Below, one piece after another: positions 16,580 to 30,535 of a stretch of DNA of 64,000 nt. The notes beneath the pieces were generated by a model. It saw nothing but the letters and a program-made list of their open reading frames with translations. It searched no databases and was not told the DNA's origin. Positions within the stretch are counted from its first letter, which is position 1. The number at the start of each line of letters is the position of its first letter. Source of the stretch: Mycobacteriales bacterium (lineage in GTDB: Bacteria; Actinomycetota; Actinomycetes; Mycobacteriales; QHCA01); assembly GCA_038276285.1 (NCBI GenBank), contig JBBPZR010000045.1:6570-70569 (forward strand), read 5' to 3'. Made by a program: the position numbers and the translations under genes.

Positions 16580-17806
16580 TCAGGGGTCGGTGCCGGCGGC
16601 CTCGTCCAGATCACTTGGGGGGCCAGTGGGCGAGGGTGGGCGGCAGACCAGCACCGTCGGGTCATCGCCCATGCGGGTCAGGACCACGACGGCGTGCTCC
16701 GTACCGGAGAGCCGCAGTTGCGCGCGCAGCGCCTCCGGCTCGATGGGCGAACCACGCTTCTTCACCGTCACCGGGCCGATGTTGCGGGCCCGCAGCAGGG
16801 CCCGGAGGCGCTTCACCGAGAAGGGCACGACGTCGGTCACCTCGTACGCCGTGGCGAAGGGGGTCACCACCCGAGAGTCGCTCGTGATGTAGGCGATCCG
16901 CCGGTCGATGAGTCCTCCACCGACCAGAGTGGCCACCTCGGCCACGAGATGGGCCCGGATCGCGGCGCCGTCGGGCTCGTAGAGCCACTGGCCCGGCGGT
17001 CGCACCGCTGGACGGCCCGATCCGGTGCCGACGAGGGTCGCGCGGGAGGGGAGCAGGGTCGCCCGGCGGTCCGCCGTACGAAGGGAACCCGCCCAGAGCG
17101 CGGCCTCCTTCACGTCTCCGCCGTCGGAGACCCACTCCGCCTCCACGCCGGCCGGGATGCGCGAGTGCGGGATGCCCGGTGCCACCTTGACGCAGGCGGT
17201 CCGGCGCAGCACCTCAACCACGAAGGACCATGGGGGCAGGTAGGCGTCCGGGTCGAACGTCCGCCGGCCGCCGGCCCGCCGGGAGGGGTCGAGGAACACC
17301 GCGTCGTAGGACGCCAGGTCCGCCGTGGTCGCATCCCCGGTGCGCACGCGAACCCGCCCGGCCAGGCCGAGCGCGGCGGCGTTGGCGAACGCGACCGCCG
17401 CCGTTGCCGGGTCGAGTTCGACGCCGTCGACCCTGAGGCCGGCCCGGGCCAGGGCGACGAGGTCGCCGCCGATCCCGCAGCACAGGTCGGCCACGGCGCC
17501 CGCATCCCCCAGCGCCGCGAACCGGGCCGCCCGGTGTGCCGCCACGCTGGCCCGGGTGGCCTGTTCCAGCCCCTCGGGGGTGAAGAGCATCTCGTCGGCG
17601 TCAGCGCCGAACTTGACGCGGGCCCGGTCCCGCAGCCGCGCCTGGGTCAACGCCGCAGCGACGAACGCCGCCGGATGGCCCGCCCCCCGCATCCTGGTGG
17701 CGGTGCGGAGAGCCGTTTTTGGGTCGTACCGGCCGATCTCGGCCAGCAGCGCGCGGCCGGCGGGCGAGTCCAAGCCCTCGATCTCGCTTAGGTTCACCCT
17801 TGGCAT
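16580..17806 (-). CDS. Class I SAM-dependent methyltransferase with THUMP-like C-terminal region
   Basis: 408 aa. Motif I VADLCCGIGGD. Confidence 0.7.
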   Translation of the reverse strand: MPRVNLSEIEGLDSPAGRALLAEIGRYDPKTALRTATRMRGAGHPAAFVAAALTQARLRDRARVKFGADADEMLFTPEGLEQATRASVAAHRAARFAALGDAGAVADLCCGIGGDLVALARAGLRVDGVELDPATAAVAFANAAALGLAGRVRVRTGDATTADLASYDAVFLDPSRRAGGRRTFDPDAYLPPWSFVVEVLRRTACVKVAPGIPHSRIPAGVEAEWVSDGGDVKEAALWAGSLRTADRRATLLPSRATLVGTGSGRPAVRPPGQWLYEPDGAAIRAHLVAEVATLVGGGLIDRRIAYITSDSRVVTPFATAYEVTDVVPFSVKRLRALLRARNIGPVTVKKRGSPIEPEALRAQLRLSGTEHAVVVLTRMGDDPTVLVCRPPSPTGPPSDLDEAAGTDP

Positions 17807-17807
17807 G

Positions 17808-17834
17808 TTGGCACTCGGGTTGACGGAGTGCTAA
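17808..17834. promoter_or_regulatory. CIRCE (HrcA operator) inverted repeat
   Basis: TTGGCACTC-N9-GAGTGCTAA, one mismatch to the consensus TTAGCACTC-N9-GAGTGCTAA. About 130 nt upstream of groES. Confidence 0.85.
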
Positions 17835-17853
17835 CGGAGTCCTAATGTCGGAG

Positions 17854-17880
17854 CTAGCACTCTCCCCGTGAGTGTGCCAG
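17854..17880. promoter_or_regulatory. Second, degenerate CIRCE-like element
   Basis: CTAGCACTC-N9-GTGTGCCAG. The left half is near-consensus and the right half matches 6/9. Confidence 0.5.
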
Positions 17881-17961
17881 CGCGTGCGAGCGCCTGACCC
17901 CCGCGACGGCAGGCGCTGACGGCGCGATAAACGTTCGGCGTGACCAACTCAGGAGTCGCTC

Positions 17962-18270
17962 GTGGCAACCGCTACCAAGGTCAAGATCAAGCCGCTCGAG
18001 GACCGCATTGTCGTTCAGGCCAACGAGGCCGAGACGACGACGGCTTCGGGCATCGTCATCCCCGACACCGCCAAGGAGAAGCCCCAAGAGGGCACCGTGA
18101 TCGCGGTCGGCCCCGGCCGCATCGACGACAACGGCAACCGCGTTCCGATCGACGTCGCTGTCGGCGATGTCGTCCTGTACTCGAAGTACGGCGGCACCGA
18201 GGTCAAGTACGGCTCCGAGGAGTACCTCGTGCTCTCGGCCCGTGACGTCCTCGCGGTCATCGAGAAGTAA
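17962..18270 (+). CDS. groES: Co-chaperonin GroES
   Basis: 102 aa. [12 protein letters not shown]...[15 protein letters not shown]. Confidence 0.97.
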   Translation: MATATKVKIKPLEDRIVVQANEAETTTASGIVIPDTAKEKPQEGTVIAVGPGRIDDNGNRVPIDVAVGDVVLYSKYGGTEVKYGSEEYLVLSARDVLAVIEK

Positions 18271-19977
<1,707 letters not shown>

Positions 19978-19996
19978 CGCGCCGTTTGACGACAAG

Positions 19997-20034
19997 CAGG
20001 CGGGCCGCCCCGGGAAACCGGGGCAACCCGCCTG
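19997..20034. terminator. Strong GC hairpin between convergent groEL and whiB-like genes
   Basis: CAGGCGGG...CCCCGGGAAACCGGGG...CCCGCCTG nested stem, followed by TGTT. Confidence 0.6.
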
Positions 20035-20041
20035 TGTTCGT

Positions 20042-20341
20042 CTAGACCAGATGCGCCTGCACGGCATCGTGGTCGAGGATCGCTTCACGTTCACTCTCGG
20101 ACAGCCCGCCCCAGACGCCGTACGGCTCGCGCACGCTCAGAGCGTGTTCACCGCACCGGGCCAGCACCGGACAGCGCCTGCAGACCGCCTTGGCTGCCGC
20201 TTCGCGGCTCATCCTCGAGGGTCCGCGTTCGTTCTCCGGGTGAAAGAACAGGTCGCTGTCGGCGCGACGACAGGCGCCGCTCAATTGCCAGTCCCACGTG
20301 TCAGCTCGCGGACTGGGCAGGCGCCGGATGTCGGCCATCAC
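20042..20341 (-). CDS. whiB3: WhiB-family Fe-S transcription factor (WhiB3/WhiD-like)
   Basis: ADTWDWQLSGACR...FFHPENERG...VCRRCPVLARC...PYGVWGGLSESER: four Cys plus the GVWGG turn. Convergent with groEL1, as I recall for M. tuberculosis. Confidence 0.85.
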   Translation of the reverse strand: MMADIRRLPSPRADTWDWQLSGACRRADSDLFFHPENERGPSRMSREAAAKAVCRRCPVLARCGEHALSVREPYGVWGGLSESEREAILDHDAVQAHLV

Positions 20342-20472
20342 GGGCTCCTATCGTGCGGACGCCGGGTTATCCATAGACTCGCAGACCATGCCCACTTGAG
20401 CGCGGCTCATGCCACCCGCCGGCACACCAGATTTCCCGGTCCAGACCAACGGGGCCAGTTAGGGTTCGGGAA

Positions 20473-21438
20473 GTGAACCAGCAACTGGATCTGGCGACGT
20501 TGCTCGCGGCCGGTGAGCGGTCCGTCTTCCACGGTGCCCCGTCGGCGGCCGTGGCGACGTTGGAATCGGCGATCGCCGGTGCCCGGGAGCAAAGCCGGCG
20601 GGCCGAGACAGCGGCTGCCACGTGGTTGCTCGGCGTGGCCTGGGGAGCTCTCGGCAAGTACGGCCACGCCCTTGACGTGCTCGACGTGCTGATCGCTTCT
20701 GACCACGGTGCAGCCGCGGAGGAGCGGCTGTTCGCCTCTCTGGCGTGTTCCGTTGAGGCCAGCGTGCACCGCCAACTGGGCCGGCACGGGGCCGCCCGCG
20801 AGCTCGACCTGACCGCCCTCGAGCAGGCCGGCAACAGCCGTGAGGCCGGCTTCGACGCGCTGCTCGGCCTGGCCGCCGATGCGGTCGGCCTAGGCGATGC
20901 ACCGGAAGCAGCTGGCTATCTCGAGCAGGCGGTGGCCTTGGTGCCGATCGCGGGTGACGACGCGCCCGCCATGGCGCAGGCCGCGCTGGCCGCGCCCGCT
21001 GCTGCGGTGCAATGGTGGCGCCAGCTGGTCCGGTTGGACTGGGTACGGGCGGAGTCCGCTCTGCTCGGCGACGATCCGTCCGGTGCAGCACAGCATGCCG
21101 CCGCGGCAGTGGCACGGGCGGAGGGCGCCCGGGCGCCGCGTCATGTGGCCAAGGGCCTGTTGTTCCGCGGTGTCGCTGAGGCGCAAATATCATCATCGGA
21201 GGCGGTGCAGACCCTGCTTCGTGCCGCCGCGCTGGCCGACGCGCTGGACGCGTTGCCCCTCGTCTGGCCGGCCCGGGCGATGCTGGCGTCGCTCCTGGCC
21301 GAGGTCGATCCAGCACAGAGCGAGCATTGCCGAAGCGCCGCCCGCACGGCAGCGCTGGCCATCGCGGCTGATTTGCCCCCTGCGCTGAGAGAGGAATGGA
21401 CGGCACGCGCAGATATCGCCCCTCTGCTGCAGGACTGA
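20473..21438 (+). CDS. Conserved Ala/Leu-rich helical-repeat hypothetical protein
   Basis: 321-aa intact ORF with a high-GC3 frame. No motif recognised. Confidence 0.6.
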   Translation: MNQQLDLATLLAAGERSVFHGAPSAAVATLESAIAGAREQSRRAETAAATWLLGVAWGALGKYGHALDVLDVLIASDHGAAAEERLFASLACSVEASVHRQLGRHGAARELDLTALEQAGNSREAGFDALLGLAADAVGLGDAPEAAGYLEQAVALVPIAGDDAPAMAQAALAAPAAAVQWWRQLVRLDWVRAESALLGDDPSGAAQHAAAAVARAEGARAPRHVAKGLLFRGVAEAQISSSEAVQTLLRAAALADALDALPLVWPARAMLASLLAEVDPAQSEHCRSAARTAALAIAADLPPALREEWTARADIAPLLQD

Positions 21439-21476
21439 CCGGCGGTCCAGTAGCCACCTAAACCTGCCGAAGCAAA

Positions 21477-21512
21477 GTCAGGAGTCCAGTCAGGAGTCCA
21501 GGCAGGAGTTCG
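21477..21512. repeat. 12-bp direct repeat x3 (GTCAGGAGTCCA, GTCAGGAGTCCA, GGCAGGAGTTCG)
   Basis: Read directly. Ends 20 nt upstream of the LuxR-type gene start. Confidence 0.9.
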
Positions 21513-21531
21513 CGAGGAAAGGGCGTCGGGG

Positions 21532-22134
21532 GTGGCTGCGCTATTGATCTGCTCCGGCTGGCCAGGTGCCCGCCATCGACTCTCGTTGACTGCGGCGAAC
21601 GTGCCCGGCGTCGACCGCGTCCAGACCGCCGCCACGGTCGAAGAGGTCCGGATCCGCCTGCGCACGTCGGCGCCCGACGTCGTGCTTCTGGACGCCCGCC
21701 TGCCTGGCGGGCGACCCAGCACCGTACGGCTACTCGTGGCCGAGCACCCCACCGCTCGCATATTCGTACTTGGCGCACATGACGACGAAGTCGCGCTGGC
21801 CGTAGCCGTCGAGAGTGGAGCCGCCGGGTTCCTCCACCTGGACCTGTCGCGTGAGGAACTCGTCGCCGCATTCGCACATGTCCTGTCCGCCGGACTCGCC
21901 GGGAAGGATCGGTTCGGCGACGACGCGGCGCCGACCTCCCCCGCGTTGACCACCCGTGAGTGGCAGGTGTTGCGCGGCATGTCGACCGGCAAGAGCAACG
22001 GCGAGATCGGCCGTAGCCTCTTTCTCTCTGAAGACACCGTGAAGACGCATGCGCGGAGGCTTTTTCGGAAGCTTGGAGTGAACGACCGCGCACACGCTGT
22101 AGCCTGCGGTTTCCGGATGGGTTTGGTCTCCTGA
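21532..22134 (+). CDS. LuxR/NarL-family regulator with atypical receiver domain
   Basis: C-terminal HTH TTREWQVLRGMSTGKSNGEIGRSLFLSEDTVKTHARRLFRKLGV. The N-terminal receiver-like domain has VVLLDARLPG but lacks the usual N-terminal acidic DD pair. Confidence 0.8.
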   Translation: MAALLICSGWPGARHRLSLTAANVPGVDRVQTAATVEEVRIRLRTSAPDVVLLDARLPGGRPSTVRLLVAEHPTARIFVLGAHDDEVALAVAVESGAAGFLHLDLSREELVAAFAHVLSAGLAGKDRFGDDAAPTSPALTTREWQVLRGMSTGKSNGEIGRSLFLSEDTVKTHARRLFRKLGVNDRAHAVACGFRMGLVS

Positions 22135-22195
22135 CGAGCGGTGGATATAGCGTTACCGTCGTCGAACTGACGTAACAAAGGGATGCGTTACGACG

Positions 22196-22783
22196 ATGGA
22201 CGACTCAAGGCCAGAGCCTGATCTGACGGCCCTGGCCAGCTGGGCAGCGGCGGGTGACGACGACGCCGCTGGTGTGTTGCTGTCCCAGGTGCGTCCCTTG
22301 GTCCTGCGCTACTGCCGGGCCCGGCTCGGCCGAACGGGCGGCGGTTCGTACGGGACGGCCGACGACGTAGCGCAGGAGGTGTGTCTAGCCGTGCTAACCG
22401 CGCTTCCCCGCTACCGCGACGTGGGCCGTCCGTTCACCTCCTTCGTGTTCGGCATCGCCGCGCACAAGGTGGCTGATGCCCACCGCGCAATCGCCCGCGA
22501 CCCCAGCTCTCCGGCCGATCCGCTGCCGGACCGCCCCGACGAGTCGGCCGACCCGGCGGCCGCGGTGATCGCCACCGCTGATGCACGGGCGGTGCGGTCG
22601 TTGCTCGAAACGCTGCCGCCCCAGCAGCGCGAGGTGATCGTCCTCCGGGTTGCCGTCGGGCTGAGCGCGGAACGCACGGGCGCCGCCCTGGGGATGAGCG
22701 CGGGAGCGGTTCGGGTGGCCCAGCATCGCGCGCTGGCAAAGCTGCGCGCCCACATCACATCGGTGCAAGAGGTCTCGGCATGA
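22196..22783 (+). CDS. sigD: ECF-type RNA polymerase sigma factor (SigD-like)
   Basis: Region 2 ([12 protein letters not shown]...[18 protein letters not shown]) and region 4 ([42 protein letters not shown]). Followed by an RsdA-like gene. Confidence 0.75.
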   Translation: MDDSRPEPDLTALASWAAAGDDDAAGVLLSQVRPLVLRYCRARLGRTGGGSYGTADDVAQEVCLAVLTALPRYRDVGRPFTSFVFGIAAHKVADAHRAIARDPSSPADPLPDRPDESADPAAAVIATADARAVRSLLETLPPQQREVIVLRVAVGLSAERTGAALGMSAGAVRVAQHRALAKLRAHITSVQEVSA

Positions 22784-23517
22784 GCCCCCCCTTGGAGCTG
22801 GCGGCGGTCCAGCGCGACGATGTCCTCCTCGACCGGCTAGCCGTCGGCCTCGACCCCTTCGACGCCGCTGACGAGACCGCCGTACTGCTCAGGGGTTGGC
22901 GCGCCGACGTCCTGCGAGACATCGAGCCGGGCGCACCAGAGGAACCGGCGCCGGTCCGCGCGTCCGCTTCGCGGCGGTCTGCCCGACCGGTCGTCGTCGC
23001 CGCGGTTCTGGCCGCGCTGTTCAGTCTCGGTGGGGTAGCCGCCGCAGCCACCCAGGCCAGCCCCGGAAGTGTGCTGTGGCCGGTGACCAAGCTGGTCGCG
23101 CACGGCCATGCACTAAGCGTGCAGGCGCGCGCCGACGTTCGCGACGCGCTTCGTCAGGCTCAACAGCAGTCGGCCGCCGGCGACCGGGCCGGCGCGCTGG
23201 CGACCCTGCGCGGGGCGCTGCAGCGGCTGCGGGCCGTGCATAGCGGCGACGGCGCAGCGGGGTTGCGGGCTGCGGTCATGCAGCTTGAGACGTCTCTCGG
23301 CGCGGCGCCGGGCAGTGGTGATGGAGCGGCACCAGCGCCGGCGGTCACTGCTACACCCAGCCCGCCGCCGGCCCCGTCTCCGGCCGTCACTTCCGCGCCG
23401 ACACCGGAGCCGACGCCGACACCGGACCCCACTCCTGCCGCCCAGCCCACGCCGCCACCGGATCCATCACCTGGTGCAGGCGGCCAGTCGTCGCAGCACC
23501 GCAAGACCAGGACCTGA
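22780..23517 (+). CDS. rsdA: Anti-sigma-D factor RsdA-like membrane protein
   Basis: N-terminus [14 protein letters not shown]...LLRGWRADV, one TM helix ([20 protein letters not shown]) and a Pro/Thr-rich tail. Start overlaps the sigma gene stop. Confidence 0.65.
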   Translation: MSPPLELAAVQRDDVLLDRLAVGLDPFDAADETAVLLRGWRADVLRDIEPGAPEEPAPVRASASRRSARPVVVAAVLAALFSLGGVAAAATQASPGSVLWPVTKLVAHGHALSVQARADVRDALRQAQQQSAAGDRAGALATLRGALQRLRAVHSGDGAAGLRAAVMQLETSLGAAPGSGDGAAPAPAVTATPSPPPAPSPAVTSAPTPEPTPTPDPTPAAQPTPPPDPSPGAGGQSSQHRKTRT

Positions 23518-23536
23518 GCTCCCGGCTCGACCTGAG

Positions 23537-25486
<1,950 letters not shown>

Positions 25487-25487
25487 G

Positions 25488-26609
25488 GTGGCCGACGTCG
25501 AGATAGGGCGGGGTCGCACCGCGCACCGGGGCTACGACCTCGACGACGTGGCCATCGTGCCCTCGCGGCGCACCCGCGACGTGGATCAGGTGTCCACGGC
25601 GTGGGAGATCGACGCCTTCCGCTTCGAGATTCCCATGGTGGCTCATCCGTCCGACGCCACGATGAGCCCGCTGAGCGTCGTCGAGGTCGGCCGGCTGGGC
25701 GGGCTCGGCGTGCTGAACGTGGAAGGCCTCTGGACCAGGTACGCCGACCCCCAGCCGGTCTACGACGAGTTGTTGTCGGCCGCCGTCGACAGCGACAGCG
25801 CGACCGCCGTGATCCAGCGGGTCTACGCCGAGCCGATCAAGCCCGAATTGATCACCGAACGGATCTCGCAGATCCGCCAGGCCGGGGTGACCGTCGCGGT
25901 GCGCCTGTCGCCCCAGCACACCCTGACCTACGCCACCACCGTGCTCGACGCCGGCGTGGACCTGCTGGTGATCCAGGGCACCATCGTCTCCGCCGAGCAC
26001 GTGTCCGACGACAGCGAGCCACTCAACCTCAAGACCTTCATCGCCGATCTCGACGTGCCGGTCATCGTGGGCGGCTGCACCAACTACCAGACCGCGCTGC
26101 ATCTGATGCGCACCGGCGCGGCGGGGATCATCGTGGGCATCGGTGGCGACGTCCTGGCCACGACGACCGACGTGCTCGGCATCCACGTGCCCATGGCCAC
26201 CGCGATCGCGGATGCGGCGGCAGCGCGGCGCGACTACCTCGACGAGACGGGTGGTCGCTACGTCCATGTCATCGCCGACGGCGAAATGGAGGACAGCGGT
26301 GACATCGCCAAGGCGCTGGCCTGCGGCGCCGATGCGGTGATGCTGGGCCGGGCGATCGCCGAGGCGGAGGAGAGCCCGGGCCGGGGGGCCTGGTGGGAGT
26401 CGGTCGCGGCGCACCCCACGCTGCCGCGCGGGCGGGTCGGCATCCCCAACGCCGGCAAGCACCTGGAGTCCCTGGAGTGCCTTCTGCACGGGCCCGATCG
26501 CTCGGCTCGCGGGCGGACGAATCTGTTCGGTGCGCTGCGGCGGGCCATGGCCAAGTGCGGGTACTCCGACGTCAAGGCGTTCCAGAAGGTCGAGTTGGTG
26601 CAGCGGTGA
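25488..26609 (+). CDS. GuaB3-type IMP dehydrogenase-related protein
   Basis: 373-aa IMPDH-barrel-like protein without a CBS insert, immediately after guaB. Confidence 0.8.
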   Translation: MADVEIGRGRTAHRGYDLDDVAIVPSRRTRDVDQVSTAWEIDAFRFEIPMVAHPSDATMSPLSVVEVGRLGGLGVLNVEGLWTRYADPQPVYDELLSAAVDSDSATAVIQRVYAEPIKPELITERISQIRQAGVTVAVRLSPQHTLTYATTVLDAGVDLLVIQGTIVSAEHVSDDSEPLNLKTFIADLDVPVIVGGCTNYQTALHLMRTGAAGIIVGIGGDVLATTTDVLGIHVPMATAIADAAAARRDYLDETGGRYVHVIADGEMEDSGDIAKALACGADAVMLGRAIAEAEESPGRGAWWESVAAHPTLPRGRVGIPNAGKHLESLECLLHGPDRSARGRTNLFGALRRAMAKCGYSDVKAFQKVELVQR

Positions 26610-27550
26610 GCGGCTGGAGCGCGGCGGACATGCCTGATCAGGCCGGCCGTACGGTCCTGGTGACCGGTGCCAACAGTGGGCTCGGGCTGGCCACGTCGCT
26701 GGAGTTCGCGCGCCACGGCGCGCGGGTGCTGATGGCCTGCCGTGACCCCGGTCGCGGCCAGCAGGCGCTGGACAAGGTCAGCGCGGTGGCCGTCGGTGGT
26801 GGCGCTGAGCTCGTCGCGCTCGACCTGGCCGACCTGTCGTCGGTGCGCTCGGCTGCCGGCGATGTGGCGACCCGGTGCGAGCGTCTCGACGTACTCATCA
26901 ACAACGCCGGCGTCATGGCGACGCCGTACGAGAAGACCGTCGACGGTTTTGAGCGGCAGATCGGCACCACCCACCTCGGTCACTTCGCGCTGACCGGGCT
27001 CCTCCTGCCGCCGCTCCTCGCGGCGCCGGCCGGCCGGGTCGTGACGGTGAGCAGCGGCGCGCACCAGGGAGCAAAGGGGATCAACCTGCACGACCTGCAG
27101 AGCGAGCGCTCCTACGGCGCGCTCCGGGCTTATTCGCGGTCCAAGCTCGCGAACCTGCTCTTCGCCGCCGAGTTGGACCGCCGGGCCCGCGCCGCCGGGG
27201 CGCAGCTGATCAGCGTGGCCGCGCATCCGGGGCTCGCCGCCACCAGCCTCATGCGGGCGCGGCCGGGTGAGAAGCCACATCGGATGCGCAGTGCCGCGGT
27301 CGCGCTGGCCTTCCGCCTTTTCGGGCAGAGCGAGGCCGCCGGCGCCCTGCCGCAGTTGTACGCCGCGACCGCGCCGGACGTGCTGGGCAGCGAGTACTTC
27401 GGGCCGAGCGGATTTCAGGAGCAGCGAGGTGCACCCACGCGGGTCGGCCGCAGCTTGGCCGCCCAGGATGTGGCCGCGGGGGCCCAGCTCTGGGAGGCGT
27501 CGGAGCGGCTCACCGGTGTGACGTACCCGATGCTCTCCCCCACGACGTGA
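26606..27550 (+). CDS. Short-chain dehydrogenase/reductase
   Basis: [12 protein letters not shown] (TGxxxGxG) and YSRSK (YxxxK). The GTG start overlaps the upstream stop. Confidence 0.8.
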   Translation: MSGWSAADMPDQAGRTVLVTGANSGLGLATSLEFARHGARVLMACRDPGRGQQALDKVSAVAVGGGAELVALDLADLSSVRSAAGDVATRCERLDVLINNAGVMATPYEKTVDGFERQIGTTHLGHFALTGLLLPPLLAAPAGRVVTVSSGAHQGAKGINLHDLQSERSYGALRAYSRSKLANLLFAAELDRRARAAGAQLISVAAHPGLAATSLMRARPGEKPHRMRSAAVALAFRLFGQSEAAGALPQLYAATAPDVLGSEYFGPSGFQEQRGAPTRVGRSLAAQDVAAGAQLWEASERLTGVTYPMLSPTT

Positions 27551-29109
27551 GCGCACCGACCGGCGGCTACGACACGGTTCTTGTCGTGGACTTCGGCGCG
27601 CAGTACGCCCAACTCATCGCGCGCCGGGTGCGGGAGGCGCATGTCTACAGCGAGATCGTCCCGCACGACATGCCGGTCGCCGATTTGATGGCGCGGCGGC
27701 CCAAGGCGGTGATCCTGTCCGGCGGCCCGGCGTCGGTCTACGCCCCCGGAGCACCGGGCCTCGACCCGTCGCTGTTCGAGGCGGGGGTGCCGACACTAGG
27801 CATCTGCTACGGGTTCCAGGCCATGGCGCAGGCCCTCGGCGGCGAGGTCACCCGCACCGGCGGCTCGGAGTTCGGCGGCACACCGCTCGTCGTGCTCACC
27901 CCCGGGATGCTGCTGCGCGGGTTGCCCGAGCGGCAGCCGGTGTGGATGTCGCACGGTGATTCCTGCACGGCGGCCCCGCCCGGCTTCACCGTCACGGCCG
28001 CCTCGCCCGGTGCCGCGGTGGCGGCCTTCGAGGACGCCGGGCGAGGGCTGTTCGGGGTGCAGTTCCACCCCGAGGTGCTGCACACCGAGCACGGCCAGCG
28101 GGTCCTCGAGCACTTCCTCCATGACGCGGCGGCCTGCCGTCCACAGTGGACCGAGGCCAACATCATCGACCAGCAGGTCGACGCGATCCGGGCTCAGGTC
28201 GGTGACAAGCGGGTGATCTGCGGGCTGTCCGGCGGCGTTGACTCCGCCGTTGCGGCCGCCCTCGTACAGCGAGCGGTCGGTGAGCAGTTGACCTGCGTGT
28301 TCGTCGATCACGGACTGCTGCGCCAGGGCGAGGCCGAACAGGTCGAGCGCGACTTCGTGGCCGCGACCGGCGTGCGCCTGCACGTCGTCGACGCGACCGA
28401 CCGATTTCTCGTCGCGCTCGACGGGGTGAGCGATCCCGAGGACAAGCGCCGGGCGATCGGCCGGGAGTTCATCCGGGCCTTCGAGGGTGCCGCGCGCGTC
28501 ATCTCGGCCGAGGAAAATGTCGACTTCCTCGTGCAGGGCACGCTGTATCCCGACGTGGTGGAGTCCGGCGGGGGGTCGGGCACGGCCAACATCAAGTCGC
28601 ACCACAACGTCGGCGGTCTGCCCGATGACCTGCAGTTCGCCCTGGTCGAGCCGCTGCGTACGTTGTTCAAGGACGAGGTACGCCGGGTCGGCGAGCAGTT
28701 GGGCCTGCCACCGGAGATCGTGTGGCGCCAGCCATTCCCCGGGCCCGGCCTGGCTATCCGCATTGTCGGGGCGATCACCCGCGAACGGCTGGCGATCCTG
28801 CGGGCCGCCGACGCGATCGCCCGGGAGGAGCTCACCGCCGCCGGGCTGGACCGTGAGATCTGGCAGTGCCCGGTGGTGCTGCTGGCCGACGTTCGCTCCG
28901 TCGGCGTGCAGGGCGATGGGCGGACCTACGGCCACCCGGTGGTCCTGCGACCGGTGTCCAGCGAGGACGCCATGACAGCCGACTGGTCGCGGGTCCCGTA
29001 CGACGTGTTGGCCAGGATCTCGACCCGGATCACCAACGAGGTACGCGAGATCAACCGCGTCGTGCTCGACGTGACGAGCAAGCCACCTGGCACTATCGAG
29101 TGGGAGTAA
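27547..29109 (+). CDS. guaA: GMP synthase (glutamine-hydrolysing)
   Basis: 520 aa. GATase domain (GICYGFQ) and ATP-PPase motif [10 protein letters not shown]. Confidence 0.96.
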   Translation: MSAPTGGYDTVLVVDFGAQYAQLIARRVREAHVYSEIVPHDMPVADLMARRPKAVILSGGPASVYAPGAPGLDPSLFEAGVPTLGICYGFQAMAQALGGEVTRTGGSEFGGTPLVVLTPGMLLRGLPERQPVWMSHGDSCTAAPPGFTVTAASPGAAVAAFEDAGRGLFGVQFHPEVLHTEHGQRVLEHFLHDAAACRPQWTEANIIDQQVDAIRAQVGDKRVICGLSGGVDSAVAAALVQRAVGEQLTCVFVDHGLLRQGEAEQVERDFVAATGVRLHVVDATDRFLVALDGVSDPEDKRRAIGREFIRAFEGAARVISAEENVDFLVQGTLYPDVVESGGGSGTANIKSHHNVGGLPDDLQFALVEPLRTLFKDEVRRVGEQLGLPPEIVWRQPFPGPGLAIRIVGAITRERLAILRAADAIAREELTAAGLDREIWQCPVVLLADVRSVGVQGDGRTYGHPVVLRPVSSEDAMTADWSRVPYDVLARISTRITNEVREINRVVLDVTSKPPGTIEWE

Positions 29110-29145
29110 ACCCGGCGAGGAGCCGGTCGACCAAGGAGGTTGGGC

Positions 29146-29424
29146 ATGCACGCAGTGATCGTCGAGGTACAACTCGATCCGGATTCTGAGGAGGAGGGCC
29201 AGCGGATGCTCCTCGAAGAGGTCGTCCCCATGGTCAAGGCGTCGCCGGGGTTCGTCAGCGGCGTCTGGGCGCGCAGTGACGACAAGGCCTCCGGGATCGG
29301 CTTCGTCGTATTCGAGAGCGAGGATGCCGCCCGACAGGCCGCGAAGATGGCTTCTGAGGGCGCCCGACCCGGTGCGCCGCCGAGCACACAGGTCCAGGTC
29401 TGCGAGGTCACCGCGCAGGCCTAG
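29146..29424 (+). CDS. Small dimeric alpha/beta-barrel (ABM-like) protein
   Basis: About 92 aa. AAGGAGG Shine-Dalgarno sequence 8 nt upstream of ATG 29146. Pattern VIVEVQLDP...GFVVFESEDAARQA. Confidence 0.5.
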   Translation: MHAVIVEVQLDPDSEEEGQRMLLEEVVPMVKASPGFVSGVWARSDDKASGIGFVVFESEDAARQAAKMASEGARPGAPPSTQVQVCEVTAQA

Positions 29425-29601
29425 CGGGGGGGGCGCTCTCGCCGACCGCAACCGCTCATCGACGGCGCTGATGCGGCGAAGGCGTCCCAGTCGCATCGAG
29501 CCTCCGGTGTGGTGTCACGGCATCCACAGCTGCGAGCAGCCAACGGCGCAGACCTTGCAGAAAGTTGCGCTGAATCCATCCCGGCCTGTCAGGCTTACGA
29601 C

Positions 29602-30267
29602 ATGAAGAGCCGAGCACTGCTGTGTGCCGCGCTGGCGTTGGCGGCCGTGGTAGCGGGTCTCGCGGCGCCGAACGCGCCCCGTGCCGAGGCCGCCACCACC
29701 TTGCAGCTGATCACCGTCCATAGCGCCTCGAGCACCTCAACGACGGCCGTTCTGACGGCCTGGCAGCGTTCGAGCGGCACCAGCCCCTACGTACGCGTCT
29801 ACGGCCCGATCACCGCCTACGTGGGCGCGCAGGGCATCGGCCGGACCAGCGAGTACGTGTCCGTCACGCCGGCCGGCACGTTCGGGTTGACCGAGACCTA
29901 CGGCCGGCTCGCGAACCCCGGCACGACGATGCCGTACCAGGTGCTCGATCCCTATGACTGGTGGGTCGGCGACGTCAGGTCGGCCTACTACAACATGCAC
30001 GAGCGTTGCGGCGGCACGAAGTACTGCCCCTTCGGGATCGCCGCTTCCGAGCGGATGTACTACGTCGGCACGCCGTACAACTATCTCGCGGTGATCAACT
30101 ACAACCGCAGCCCGGTGGTCAGGGGCGCCGGATCGGCGTTCTTCTTGCACGTGACCAACTACCGGCCCACCGCCGGCTGCGTCGCGATACCTCAGGCGAA
30201 TCTCATCTGGCTGCTGCGATGGCTGAAGCCGGCCGCCGCTCCGGCCATCTCGATCAGCGCCGGCTGA
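29602..30267 (+). CDS. L,D-transpeptidase (YkuD) family secreted protein
   Basis: Signal peptide MKSRALLCAALALAAVVAGLAAPNAPRAEA. Catalytic FFLHV...TAGCVAIP (His...Gly-Cys). Confidence 0.7.
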   Translation: MKSRALLCAALALAAVVAGLAAPNAPRAEAATTLQLITVHSASSTSTTAVLTAWQRSSGTSPYVRVYGPITAYVGAQGIGRTSEYVSVTPAGTFGLTETYGRLANPGTTMPYQVLDPYDWWVGDVRSAYYNMHERCGGTKYCPFGIAASERMYYVGTPYNYLAVINYNRSPVVRGAGSAFFLHVTNYRPTAGCVAIPQANLIWLLRWLKPAAAPAISISAG

Positions 30268-30324
30268 CCGCACGAGGGAAGGGGGCTGGCATGAGCAGCG
30301 CTCCCCATCCACCCGTCGTGACCC

Positions 30325-30474
30325 GTCGTGATCATGCAGCAATGCGTGCTGCCGTCGGCGTGTCGCCCTGCATACCTGCATGATCACGACAGTGGCGGGC
30401 CCCACCCTCGCGTGATCATGCAAGAATGCGTGCGGCCATCGGCGTGTCGCCTTGCATACCTGCATGATCACGAC
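30325..30474. repeat. Two about 63-66-bp direct-repeat units, each bounded by 12-15-bp perfect terminal inverted repeats
   Basis: Unit 1, 30325-30390: GTCGTGATCATGCAG...CTGCATGATCACGAC. Unit 2, about 30411-30474: CGTGATCATGCA...TGCATGATCACG. The units differ at 5 of 63 aligned positions. Confidence 0.9.
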
Positions 30475-30535
30475 GGGAGGGGGCGACGGGAGGGGGCGAC
30501 GGGAGGGGGCGACGGGAGGGGGCGACGGGAGGGTG
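30472..30535. repeat. 13-bp G-rich tandem repeat (GACGGGAGGGGGC x4, plus a partial copy)
   Basis: Read directly. Each unit contains a GGGAGG Shine-Dalgarno-like core. The array ends 5 nt before the GTG at 30541. Confidence 0.95.

Noticed and set aside
30325-30535. CRISPR array or repeated-peptide gene (ORF 30328..31281 N-terminus, VIMQQCVLPSACRPAYLHDHD twice).
   Set aside because: There are only two long units, no regular spacer architecture and no cas genes. The peptide repeat is an artefact of palindromic termini that translate to VIMQ/LHDH on both strands, and its codon usage is atypical.
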